DNA of 64,000 nt, from assembly GCA_031835245.2 (NCBI GenBank), contig JAVKOQ020000001.1:372001-436000 (forward strand), given 5' to 3'. The DNA is from Balamuthia mandrillaris. Lineage: Eukaryota. Shown in pieces: positions 1-11,544 of this stretch. The translations under genes were made by a program, and so were the position numbers. Each line of letters starts with the position of its first letter. Positions within the stretch are counted from its first letter, which is position 1. The notes beneath the pieces are model-generated. The model was not told the DNA's origin, did not search any database, and saw nothing but the letters and a program-made list of their open reading frames with translations.

Positions 1-12
1 TCTCTCCGTTAG

Positions 13-2364
13 GCGATGGACCAACAGAAGCTCCGATGATTGAAGAATTAAAGAACGAGAGCAACAACTACAACGACAATAGCTGCTGCAACATTGGAAC
101 AAACAACAGTAACAATCATGCCGCTGCAGAGGATCTCTTGCCTCTGTGCTCACTCGCCATTAGTAACAACAATCATCACCGATCCATTAGCGATAATTCT
201 ACCCCGTCTTTTGCTTCTTCTCCTTGTTCCTCATCTCCGTCGCCCTCATCTTCTACTGGCTTGTCATCTTCTGACGAAGCTGGTTCGACGACTTGTGCTA
301 GGCCAACTTTGTTGACGGAGGCTCACGTCAAGTCTATCGAAAAGGAGTTTGCTCGCATCAACGAGCTCTACCAGAAGAAAGTGGAGGAGGCCGAAAGCCT
401 TGGCTTGTTTGCCTCCGCTACCACTCGAAAGAACTTCCGTAAGAATAGGTATCACAACATCCTGGCCCAAGAACACACCCGCGTAAAACTTCAGTCCTAT
501 CGGTATGATATTTCTTATTCTCTTCGTTTTTCTTCCTCTTATTATCTGCTGCTTACTCTTGCGTTCATATTTTAGAAACTTTGGAATTGATTCAGACTAC
601 ATCAATGCTAATTTTATCAATGGAGAGATACCCGGTTCGCAGCATGCCTACATATCCTGCCAAGCTCCTCTTCCCAACACCATGCTCCACTTTTGGTTGA
701 TGGTATGGGAGAACAAGTGCGCCGTTATACTGATGCTTACCCGGCTGACCGAGAGGGAAAGACCCAAAGCGGATCTCTACTGGCCCGAGCTTGTTGGAGG
801 CAGCTGTAGCTATGGCCCCTTTACAGTAACCTTTGACAAGTCCAAGCTCATCAATCCTTACCTTGAAATGCGAACCTTCACCTTGGAGCTGGACAACAGT
901 CACTCTTCGTTTGAAGGAGAATTTGGAGGAGAAAAGATGAGAAGACAAATCGTACAGTTTCATTATACGGAGTGGCCTGACTTTGGCATTCCCAAAGACA
1001 CAACCACCATACGCCATCTCGTTCGGTTGATGGACCTTTATAAGCTGAAAGGGAAGCAGGCCGGATTAGATGGCCCTGTGGTTGCCCACTGCAGCGCTGG
1101 TGTTGGAAGAACGGGCACATTTATAGCAGTGCACGTTTGCCTGGAGAAAATGAAGTTCTATAACTCGTTGGACCAGATCAACATCCCTCAAACTGTGCTT
1201 TTGTTGCGTCAGAGTCGCAGCGGCATGGTTCAAACTCAGTACGTCTTTTCTTCATGGTCTGCTTTCTTTTTTTCGCAGATGCTAACTAACCGAAAAAAAT
1301 AAAATAGAGAACAATATCGTTTTATTTATGAGGCAGTGAAAGACGCGCGTGCAGAGCTTCAAGAGACAGCCCCCAAAGTATTCCCTTCCAAGAGATCTGT
1401 CGCCGCCACACCGAGCCACTCTACCGCTTCTGCTCTTCCAATAGTCTCCTCCGTCACTCCCTCGCCTTCTCCTTCTCCATCTTCTTCCTCGCCTTCTTCA
1501 TCCTTCTTTCCGTTGCTTTCCGTGTCGAACGCTTATTCGGGGGGTTCATCTTCTGCCTTTTTGCAGCAACAACAACAACTGCCCTCTACCTATTCAACTT
1601 CTGCTTCCTCGTCACAATCACTGATGAAGAAGAGATCTCAAGATGGACAACTTCGTTGTTCTTCCGATAAGGCCACTAGCACAGCTGTAACTGCCACCAC
1701 TGTACTCAACAACAATCCTCAACGGCCTTTCTTCTCGAGCTTATCCAAGTCTTATTCTTTCTTTCCACGCTCACAGCTTCCTGCTGCTTCTTCATTAGCA
1801 CCTCCTTCGTTTGAAATAACCGCCAACAACAACATTCGTGGAAATGGTTTCTTCTTACCGACTTCTCCTTCTTTTTCATCACCTTGTTCAGCTTCGTCCT
1901 CTGCATCACCATCAGTAGTCTCTTCTTTAACACCACCATCGTTTTGTCTATGGGGATCAGGACAAGATTCATCTCCTTCATCGTCTTGTTCTCTTTTTGC
2001 TTCCGCTTCACGACGACCGACTCCCATTTCACCTCATCCATTTGCTGTGGAGGATTACGAGAACTCGGAAGACGAAGCCGAAGATGAGGAGAAGGAAGAG
2101 GAACGAGACGTCCCCACGGATCAGCGGTGGAGGCAAGGAAGGCGGCAACTTAAAGCAACGCGAGGGAAACAATGCACACTACAACAACAACGACAAGAAG
2201 AAGAGGAGGAAGAGGAGGAAGAAGACGAACAAGAAGAAAGGAGGAAAGCAACGGGGTTGGCGACAACGACCGGAACGGCTGGGATGGTGCCAACCACCCA
2301 CGTGGCGGGCTCACCCATTTCCTTCAAAAAGCAGAAGCGACTGTCGTTGTCTTCGTTGTCCTAG
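13..2364 (+). CDS. Classical (class I) protein tyrosine phosphatase with long Ser-rich low-complexity tail; multi-exon, probably 5'-truncated by the window
   Basis: KNRY, YINAN, WPDFG loop, HCSAGVGRTG signature and MVQT Q-loop across ORFs 36-575, 505-1302, 1336-2364; GT-AG introns about 504-575 and 1239-1308; acceptor-like ttag at 9-12. Confidence 0.92.
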
Positions 2365-2515
2365 CCCCTCCTTTTTTTCGTTGTGCAATACATATTTTAT
2401 TATTCTTATTTATTTATTATTTATATATTTTTTCTCATCTTAAAAAGAAAAATAGAAAAATAGAAAAAAGAAAAAGAAAAAAAAGATTTCCAGGAAAAGA
2501 AGGAAAGGAGAAGAG

Positions 2516-3502
2516 ATGGAAGGGGTGAAAGGAGGCGGAGAGAAGAAAGCCAAGTATTTAGTGTATGGCGGTGTTGCCGGTGGCATCGCTCACACCTGCA
2601 CCGCTCCGTTGGAACGTCTTCGTTTGCTTCACTCGGTAACTCGTGTTCTTTTTCTTTTTTTTTTTTGATGGAGTCTTTGAAGAAGCTAAAGTAGTGTGGG
2701 AGGACGGCTGGATGAAAAACGAATTGGTTTGTTTTTTTAACTTTAAAAAAAATATAAAGGTGCAACACTTGGATAAAAGGGGGCCACGCTACCATGGCGT
2801 TCTGCCAGCGCTCACGAAGATCTGGCGGGAGGAGGGCTTTCGCGGGTTCTACAAAGGCAACGGCGTGAACGTGCTGCGCATCTTGCCGACCTCTGCCGTT
2901 CGCTTCTACACTTTTGAAGTCTACAAACAAGTTTCTCTCATCCTCTTTTCGTTTTCTTTTATTATTATTTTATTATTTTATTATTTTATTATTTTATTAT
3001 TTTATTATTTTATTATTTTATTATTTTATTATTTTATTATTTTATTATTTTTCTTTTTCTTTTCTTTTTCTTTTATTATTTTATTATTTTTATATTATTA
3101 TTTTATTTCTTTTTTCTTTTATTTTATTAACAAAAAACAAAAAGTTGATAATGCAGTGGACAGGGAAGAAGGACATGACGGTGCCCATTCGGCTGTGTTC
3201 GGGAAGCTTGGCTGGTGCCACCGCTGTCTTTGTGGCATTCCCATTGGACCTCATCAGAACTCGACTTGCTGCTCCCGTTCGTTTTACTGCCTTCTTCTTT
3301 GTTCTTTGTGCTTTGTTTCTTTCTGTCTCATTTTCTTGGCCTTACAAACACGTAGATGCATATGGATACACGCTACAAGGGTTTGTGGCATGCCGTAAAG
3401 ACCATTCACCACGAAGAGGGAATCAGAGGATTCTACAAAGGCATTCATCTCGCAATGTTGGTAATACATTTCTCTTTCCTTCCTTGCGGAAACCTTCTTC
3501 CT

Positions 3503-3539
<37 letters not shown>

Positions 3540-4102
3540 TTCTCCTCTTTCTCTCTCATCTCTCTTGAATCTTACGAACCCCTTCCTTCTTGTAACCAGG
3601 CTATAGCACCTTATATAGCTATTTACTTTACAACCTACGAGACGCTAAGAGAACATTCACAACGTTGGAAGTTGAATCGGTTGAAGCAGCAACAAGAAGA
3701 GGAAGGAGAAACGTCAACAAAAGTGGACACCCGACCAGGAGTGCTGCTTAGCTTGTCGATGGGAGCCACCGCCGCCACCGTCGCTATGACTCTCACTTTT
3801 CCTGGTTTTGTTCTTCTCTCTCTCTCTCTCTCCCTCTCCCTCCCTCTCTCCCTCCCTCTCTCCCTCTCTCTCATCATCTCTCTTGCACAGGAGACGTATT
3901 AAAGCGAAGAATGATGGTGCAAGGCATTGGAGGGGAGGAACGTCAATTCAACGGGCTGGTAGACACCATTCAGAAGACGTGGCGAAACGAGGGCGTGAAA
4001 GGCTTTTATCGCGGCATCATCCCCTGTTACATCCGGGTGATCCCCTCCGCCGCCATCACCTGGACGGTGATGGAGCTCTGCAAACGAATCGGTGGAGAAT
4101 GA
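2516..4102 (+). CDS. Mitochondrial carrier family (SLC25) protein, multi-exon
   Basis: Three repeats with Px[DE]xx[RK] motifs (APLERLR, FPLDLIRTR) and EGxRGFYKG motifs (EEGFRGFYKG, EEGIRGFYKG, NEGVKGFYRG). Confidence 0.92.
2960..3130 (+). repeat. Intronic TTA/TTTTA low-complexity repeat
   Basis: Visible ttattttattatt array inside a mitochondrial carrier intron. Confidence 0.85.
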
Positions 4103-4354
4103 AACCAATAATTATCGCGATTATAGTCCTTTTAAGACCATATGACGTCATAAAATTTCCTTTTATTGTAATTATGACATCATCAATATTGATAATTTTC
4201 GATCGAGATGAGAAAATTCGTAAAGAAAAATTAGAAAAAGAAAGAAGAGTTTAAAAAGAGGGAAACGCGCGCCGCTGTCCCCTCTCCCTCTCTCCCCTCT
4301 ACACCCAGCCACCCAGCCACCCAGCCCAGGCTTAACGGAAAGAAGAACAAGAAG

Positions 4355-5904
4355 ATGTTGGACGAAGAGCAGCAGGGCCTCTTGGCGGACGAACACGGGG
4401 CAGCACCACAACACACCAGAGTGAAAAACTGGCCGCCATGTTATGTAATCGCTCCTTCCCCCTTTTATTATTCGTTTATTTTTTTAAGCGTTGCTGATCT
4501 CGTGGGATTTGATTTTATTCTTGAAAAAAAATGAACCCAAACGAAAAAACGGAGTAGCCCATGTTCCATCAACACACGCGTCGCGACATCCTGGACCACC
4601 GACTGCGTGCGCCTGTGCAGTACCTTTACCTCGGCTGGTACGGTACGGTTCATGCTTCTTTCATCTTTCTGCTTGCTTCTTTGCTTGGTTGTCGTGTTCT
4701 TCTCTTCCTCGTTCTTCTTTCATCCGCTGTCTCTGTCTCTCTTTCTCTGACAACCACCCACAAACAAACCATCTCCATGGCTCGTTCTTCTTTTACTTAT
4801 TATCCGTCCGTTCTGCTGTTCTTTTCTTTGCTGTTCTGCTTCCTTCCGTGCAACTAGTGTTGGTGCTGTTCTACCTGTGGAACTTTATCAGCTTGACGTC
4901 CGTTCTGGTTGTTTCCAAGGGCGGGCTTGACAACTTCTGTACGCACTGCTTCTCTATAGTTGCTCTGCGTTGTGGTAAATGTTTATGTACTTTTGCTCTG
5001 TAGTGGGATGGATTCTTTCAGCCTTTTATTTCTTTGCGGGCTCTGCATTCGGCTATTTTGTCTACCGACAGCTGTATGAGTCGGCGAGGACGTTGTCCAC
5101 CACCAAATACACTTTCTTCTTTTGCCTGACTGTCACCGAGGTCATCTTTCTGGCTTTCCTTGCTCTTGGCGTTGGTCGCGCCGGTGCAGGGTATCATCAT
5201 TACCTTCCCTTCTTTCTTCCCAGCCTTTCGCTTTCTAGTTTCTACCTTACTCATACCCAATGAACCTTTGTTTTTTGTTTCGCGAAAACAGAGGAATAAT
5301 CCTGATGACCAAAGTGTGGAGTAAGAGTCAGGTGGTGGGCGTCTTCCTGCTCTTCTCGACCGCGTTCTGGGTCATTTACTGCTTATTCGCTGTCTTCATC
5401 GTGTTTATCTACCGGAGAGCCTTTGGTGCTGTGAAAGGCGGAAACATTGCTGATCATCTCAAACGTTTGTCCTCTCTCTCTCTCTCTCTCATAACGAAGT
5501 AATTGTTAACAAAACGAACAGAGGAATCAGCACAAGCCGTCCGACAAGCAGCTTACGACAACCGCGAGGCCATCGGTCAAGCACTCAGAGATAACAAGGA
5601 CGCCATAGCTAAGGCCGCGTGGGACAATCGCGAAACCATTTACGAGGTAGCCAAGGACCACCGCCAAGAAATAGCTCAGGCTGGATCCGCCGTGTTGCAG
5701 GACACTCTAGCCAAACAAGGTCTTCGTGGGGATCAGCCTCCTCCCTCTGGCGGTTATGCTCGTTCTTCTTTCGGTGATGGTGGCAACCAAGGGCTCAGCA
5801 GCGATGATGATGACGATGGTGCGGGTGGCCAGAGTTATGGCGCTCCTCCCCCATCGCACCAACACAACCGACCGGGTCAAATTCCGGTCGAGTTTTTGCA
5901 ATGA
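4355..5904 (+). CDS. Secretory carrier membrane protein (SCAMP)-like, multi-exon
   Basis: KNWPP motif, four hydrophobic segments, YRQLYESAR...KYTFFF segment resembling the SCAMP E-peptide region. Confidence 0.72.
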
Positions 5905-6049
5905 ACCTCGTTTTTTTGTTCTTCTGCTGCTCCTGCTTCATGTCGTTCTTCTGTTTCTTCTTCTTGTTCTTGTTCTTCCTTCTTTTCTTCTCTCGTCGAC
6001 AAAATACCGCTCTCCAAAATTGATCGCGCCTCTTGCACAGAGAAGGAGA

Positions 6050-6612
6050 ATGGCAGCATCCACCACCACCAAACCAGTCTATCTGAAAGTCCCTCAAGGG
6101 CCAACGCGCTACACCAAGCGGCAACTCGCTCAACTGCCGTTGCGCTACTGGCTGGTGCTTCCGGCAAGCAGCAACAAGCTGGCCGATTGGGACAAGGCGG
6201 AGTTTGTTTTGCTGGAACCACTGCCAGAGGTGGAACAGCAAGTCATAAACCAGGTGGCGGAGAGCGAAGCCAAAGAGGCCCACACAGCACAGAGAAGGGT
6301 ACCTTTACTCTCTATTTACTCAACAATAATAAACTTGGGCCTCCTCACTCCTTGATACAGCAACGCAGAAAGAAGCAGGCGGCAGCAAGAGCTACCACAA
6401 TGGACCCGCCGCAGGAAGAACACACGCGCCTAGCAAAACGGGTTGAAGATCTGTTGGAACAGCTTCAAAAGTGTGAGGAAGAAAAAGAGGCTTTGCGGGC
6501 TCGAGTTGCAGCAGCCAACCAACTAGCGGTGCAAGCGGCAGCATTGTTACAAGGCCCTTCAAACTTGCAACACCCCTGTCCTCCTGATAATCAAACCTTC
6601 ATAGCAAATTGA
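6050..6612 (+). CDS. Hypothetical protein with C-terminal coiled coil, two exons
   Basis: ATG 6050; GT-AG intron about 6299-6360 joins ORFs 5726-6355 and 6187-6612 in frame. Confidence 0.5.
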
Positions 6613-6651
6613 TCGTGGCTAACAACCACGTGTGCCCTGAAAGAGGATGTT

Positions 6652-6772
6652 AAGGGTTGAAGGAATGTGAGTGAATGAAGGTGCACTTTTTAACTACTGA
6701 GTGCTGCTTTAATGTCGTGTATAACTTCTTTGAGGCCTGCTCCTTCATTCCTCTCACATTCCTTCAACCTTT
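6652..6772. repeat. Inverted repeat (about 34-bp arms, about 52-nt spacer) between convergent genes
   Basis: aagggttgaaggaatgtgagtgaatgaaggtgca (6652-6685) is near-complementary to tgctccttcattcctctcacattccttcaaccttt (6738-6772). Confidence 0.85.
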
Positions 6773-6816
6773 GCGAATCAAGAACTTTAACTCTCAGTTT
6801 TTAAAAGCACATACAA

Positions 6817-8109
6817 TTACAAACTAGAGGAGGAACTTCCTCCTGTCTCCTTCTCTTCTTGTACATCTTCGTGTTCTTCTTTCTCCTTTATACCAGCTTC
6901 AAGGTCATCGAGGAAACCACCCAACGCTTCCATCAGCTCGTCCAAAAAATCGAATTCAATATTGTTGTGGCCAGCTCCGTCTAAGGTACACATTCTTGAC
7001 ACTTTTCCGCCTAATGCTCCCTTTGAGGCTGTTGATAAGTTTGCATATAGCTGTTGACCATGCACGTATGGTACTACCTCGTCTGCATCACAGAAAGAGA
7101 AGTATGAATGAGAACGGGATAAGCAGGGAACGCAAGAAGCAGAGACGGAAGAGGACCCTCGGATCCATGGATGATGAAAACAGGAGACCCAATTTTAGGA
7201 ATGCGGTCAATGTTGACAAACATGTCGAGGCCAGGCAGCTTGGCCAATCCGTCCGATACGACTCGAATGCATGAGGCGATTGGGCTCTGCAGAATGACTG
7301 CTGCTGGTGGCTCCACCGCCTGTTGCTGTTTTACACCAAAGGGGAGAGAAAAAAGATAATGAGAGACAAAAGAAAAAGGAATGGATTGGGAAAGAAAAGT
7401 GTACACTTGGTTCAGTAGAAGCGGAAGGAGATAAGATGCTGGACAGAAAACCACCGCTGCGCTTGCAGCTCTTTGCCTTCAAACTCTTCCTCCATTCGTT
7501 CCACAGGTGTGAAGCAAGCCAACAAGTAGGACCAGACCCCAAAGAACGGCCATATCTTGTGAAAAAAAAAAACAAAGGAAAAGAGAAGAAGCATGAGAGT
7601 AATGCTCAAAAGAAGAGAGAACAGAGCAGAGAAAAGAGAAGCGAGAGAAAGACGAACAAGATGATGCGACTGGGTGGTACGCCTTCTTGCTCGGTGGCAA
7701 AACGGTAGACGGCCAACACATCCGCGAAACAGGAGGCCTCAGAGGGCAAGCTATCCGCTTTATGCAGGCCATACCCAATATAGTCATATGTGATCACATT
7801 CACCTCCATTTTTTTGCAGATGTGTTGCAACCAATGCGAAAGCTGACCAATGTCTTCGGCATTCCCGTGGCTAAAGATGATGGTAAACCTTGCCCTGAAA
7901 AACAAAAAAACCCAATAAAATCAGCTAAACAATTAATCTGATGACGACCAACAAATGTGGGCGGAAACAAACGATTTTGAGCGTTGCAGCCATAAAACGG
8001 GAACTTTGTCAGAGCATCGAGGTTTGGAGACCCACGTAAGGTGTTCTAGGCTGTCATCGTAAGAACTTGGCGGCGGTAAGAACGCCTGCTTGGCCACAAT
8101 TCCTCCCAT
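6817..8109 (-). CDS. ABHD17-like alpha/beta hydrolase (depalmitoylase family), multi-exon
   Basis: AFLPPPSSY N-terminus, FSHGNAEDIG, YDYIGYG, YGRSLGSGP nucleophile elbow, spliced IIHGSEDEVVP, GAGHNNIE. Confidence 0.9.
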
Positions 8110-8303
8110 TCTCTTTGTTAACTTTGTTTTCTGTTTCCTTCCTTTGACAAAATATGTTAACAATGCGGAAAATGAAAAATATGCAAACAACGAGAAAAAT
8201 GGTAAATATGTAAAAAATATCGATCGAATTTTTGTAACAAAGTAGATCGTTGCGCCTTGGCGGTAAAGAACGGAATCCCAAAGGGGGATGTCCTTCGCGG
8301 CCA

Positions 8304-9773
8304 TCACCACTGCCCAGGCCTCTTCCTGTATATAGACTCTCTCTCATGCTTTCTCAACTTTCGCAACGTCCTCTGGCTGGCAGGACAGTGCGCCTCCCAA
8401 CACATCCACCGCAACATCTTCCAATGGCGGGCCTTGAGCGCCGCCTGGCTGGTTTGTTCACTCCAGGAAAAGGGTGGCTGAACCTCCAGGCGAAGGAACT
8501 GGAGTACCTCCAGATGACCGTTTTCTGCGGCTTTGGTGCATGCTGATCGACTAAAATTGTACTGGCTATCGGCTTGCACAAGCGCTTCCGCTCCTCTGTG
8601 TTGCAGCAGCCAACGGAGGACGTGGATGTGACCCCCGGCTGCCACCTCATCTACTACAGAGTCAAGCTTACTACAACCGTTGTCCACCAGCCATTGCAGG
8701 ACGTGCAGTTGCCCTCCCCTGGCCGCACTGTATTTGATTAATGTGCCCAGTTGACCTCCACGAGCCAGCAGCCATTGCAGAGCGTCTAGATGACCCGCGT
8801 AGGCGGCCTCACAACAAGCATTAACATCTCCGTCGAAAGGGAGGCCCAGATCGTCCTCTAGCCACTGTAGCACGTCCAAATGTCCACCCCCAGCGGCTCT
8901 GGCGTACAGCAGTTTGCCGTCGCGTTCTTTTTTGGCGGAGGGATTGTAACCAAGGACCTCCACAGCCCAACGAAGCACATGGAAGTGTCCTCCTGCCGCA
9001 GCGGACTGGCAAACCCTTCTCACGTCAAATTCCAACTTGTCCTTTCCTATTCCTCTTTTTCCTATGGTCCCTCCTCCTTCTCCTTTCTCAAGGGCACGGT
9101 TTCTTGCCTCGATCTCATCCTTCATCCACTTCAAAGTCTCCAAGTGCCCTCCAAGAGCCGCGCCACCGGCATTGTAGCTGCGCAAAACGTCAGCGAGTTG
9201 AAGCTGGAGGCCGGGCGCGCAGGTCATCCACTGAAGGACATGGGTGTGGCCAGCCAACGCTGCAGCATAACAGGCATCAAACTTGAAGCCACTTCTTTGC
9301 CAGCTCTCCGAGCGTTGGTGTATCCACTGAAGCACGTGTAAATGACCTCCACTGGCGGCTTCCTTGACCATTGGCGTGAACAGACGGATGTGATAGCGGC
9401 AAAAGAAAGGCCTTTTGTTCAACGCTTGGAGCACGTCCAGGCGACCTATAGCGGCGGCTGCCACGCAGAGCTTCTTAGAAGAGGTCAACAACCCGCGCTC
9501 GGTTGCCCACTTCCACAGTGGAACGTTGTTTGCTTCACATTGTGCTTCTTCTTCCTTGTCCGTGCGGCTGGCAGTGAAGGTGAGGATGGCTCTCGCTCCG
9601 CAGAGGTTTCGTTTGTGCGGAGGGATGCACTCCCGCCAGCGATGGCAAACTTGGGCGACAAGGCCGGTCAGTCCCGGCGGCACCAGCTCGTTGAGGATGT
9701 GGTACAGCAGCTCGTTGGGAAGGTTGTTGATCGCACAGCAGTCACTGCTGCGGTCGTCGTCGTTCTCGCTCAT
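8304..9773 (-). CDS. Intronless F-box-like plus ankyrin-repeat protein
   Basis: 489-aa ORF; INNLPNELLYHIL...AQVCHRWR F-box; about 10 AAxxGHLxVLQW degenerate ankyrin repeats. Confidence 0.88.
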   Translation of the reverse strand: MSENDDDRSSDCCAINNLPNELLYHILNELVPPGLTGLVAQVCHRWRECIPPHKRNLCGARAILTFTASRTDKEEEAQCEANNVPLWKWATERGLLTSSKKLCVAAAAIGRLDVLQALNKRPFFCRYHIRLFTPMVKEAASGGHLHVLQWIHQRSESWQRSGFKFDACYAAALAGHTHVLQWMTCAPGLQLQLADVLRSYNAGGAALGGHLETLKWMKDEIEARNRALEKGEGGGTIGKRGIGKDKLEFDVRRVCQSAAAGGHFHVLRWAVEVLGYNPSAKKERDGKLLYARAAGGGHLDVLQWLEDDLGLPFDGDVNACCEAAYAGHLDALQWLLARGGQLGTLIKYSAARGGQLHVLQWLVDNGCSKLDSVVDEVAAGGHIHVLRWLLQHRGAEALVQADSQYNFSRSACTKAAENGHLEVLQFLRLEVQPPFSWSEQTSQAALKARHWKMLRWMCWEAHCPASQRTLRKLRKHERESIYRKRPGQW

Positions 9774-10140
9774 GGTGTGGTGTTGCCCATTTCTGCTTTT
9801 TTTTTTGTCGTTATATAATATTACAAAAAACGAGAAAATTCTCAGAACGCGGTGACTATAGCGTATGTTATCTCAGCGGGGTAAAAACGCCTGGTGTTTG
9901 CTCTCAGGAGAAGAAGTGCACGTACGACAACAGGAGCATCTAGCAGAGTAGATTTCTAGTATCGTTTGAGCGCCTCATCCTTTGTCGGCTCCTGACTGCG
10001 AAAATATCCGCTTCTCTCCACTGCAACTCTTTCAGCACCACCCTTTTGCTTCTGGTCTGCTTCAGGCAGCTGGTGCCACGACCCTTTGGCCTCTGATCTT
10101 CCCACAAAAATCTGACAAAAATGAAACAATCAAGTCCTTT

Positions 10141-11362
10141 TCAACTTTCGTTTGCTTCTGCTTCTTCTTCGTTTTGTGTGTGTTGAGCATTGTTGTTGCT
10201 GTTGGTGTTTGACAAAGCCCCAAGTCTTTCAAAGCGAGCTTGTCTGTTGGCCTCTTTCTTTGCTTCCCGTTCGATTCGTCTCTTCTCCACCCATCGTTTC
10301 TTCTTGTCCGCTTTCTTCCTCTTCTTCTCTTCCATTGGAGGCAACAGCGCTTCCAATTGTAGGTGTAGCTGTTTTCCCAGCTTTTTGTATTCGCTTTTCA
10401 CTTTTTTCCATTCTTCTTCTTTGTCTTCTTCGTTCAGTTGTTGCAATGACGACATAAGATCGTAAAGATAACCGTTGGCAACAGAGTAATCCACTATAGC
10501 TCCATTCTCTGCTAACTGTATGCCAAAATGAAGATATCTGTTTATTGTTTTTTGTCCAAAGCGTAAACGAACGAAGAGAAAAGAAGAGAAGAAGAGAAGA
10601 GATAGAAGAGGAGAGAGAGAGGGAAGAAAGAGAATGATAGATAAAACACGGACCGTAGAGAATGAACGAGATTCTTTCTCGCTTTGAGAGGTTGGCCCTC
10701 GCGATGACAAATGGAGGCATAGCCAAAGGCCTTGTGCGATATGGTGCTCACTGGCGTTCTCAACCGCTGCAAGTCTAAACGAAATAACGACCGAAAGTCC
10801 TCTTGTTGCTTCCATACATATTCAGACGGCAAAAAGAGACACATCAAAGCTACCATGTCCTGTTCTTCTACCTTTGTTTGTTTTAGAAGAGAGCGAGAGC
10901 GAGAGAGAAGAGAAGAAAAAAGAGCGAGAAGCAGAGGAGGGAATGTGGGAGAGTCAAAACGAGAAGAAGAGAAGGCAGACATTACCAACCGAATAAAAGT
11001 AGAGCTTGTGAAAAGATTGGCATCTATGTCTGGAGAGACAAGAATGTGCTCTCCAACAAGTCTTGTCGTCGATGTTTCTGGAGGGCAGCTTTTTCCTTCC
11101 AGAAAGGGACCGTCTTCGCCTTCACTGGGGTCTGCCACTACGATAGTAAAGTCCCAATCCGAGGTCTCTGTTGCCGTCCCAAAAACTCTGTCGAAACGGT
11201 TTGCAATGTTGTTTTGACATTAAAAAAAAAAAAAGAACGTTTCGATTACCTCGAGCCTGACTGGTACACATTTAAGACTTTTTCCGGCCGTAAGCACAGG
11301 CGCTGCAGCAAGTCACACAAACCCAGGTCTCCGCCTCTTGCTCTTGCTCCTGCTCCTTCCAT
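10141..11362 (-). CDS. Pol-beta superfamily nucleotidyltransferase-like protein, four exons
   Basis: Splicing 11250/11187 gives VYQSGSRVFGTATETSDWDFTIVV (hGS-x9-DxD); then DIDANLF, ALMCLFLP and helical KARKNLVHSLRYLHFGIQLAENG. Confidence 0.75.
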
Positions 11363-11406
11363 CTTCGTAACTTCTAGAGCACTGTTACTGTAACACACGT
11401 AAGATA

Positions 11407-11452
11407 TTTCCATACTTGGACAAGACACCTATGATTTTTCCATACTTGGAAA
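11407..11452. promoter_or_regulatory. Duplicated palindromic element TTTCCA-tact-TGGA(C/A)A upstream of the nucleotidyltransferase gene
   Basis: Two copies at 11407 and 11437, 30 bp apart, 45-90 bp from the ATG at 11362; function inferred only. Confidence 0.35.
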
Positions 11453-11544
11453 GTAACGCGTGTGTTTAACAAATGAATCCTTAAATGAGGAGCCAAAAAT
11501 TGGGACTTAAAAACTTTGTTGAGAGCACACAAAGCTCACGAAAG

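Noticed and set aside
11407..11452. CRISPR-like repeat
   Set aside because: Only two short copies with a 14-nt spacer, no cas genes, eukaryotic context
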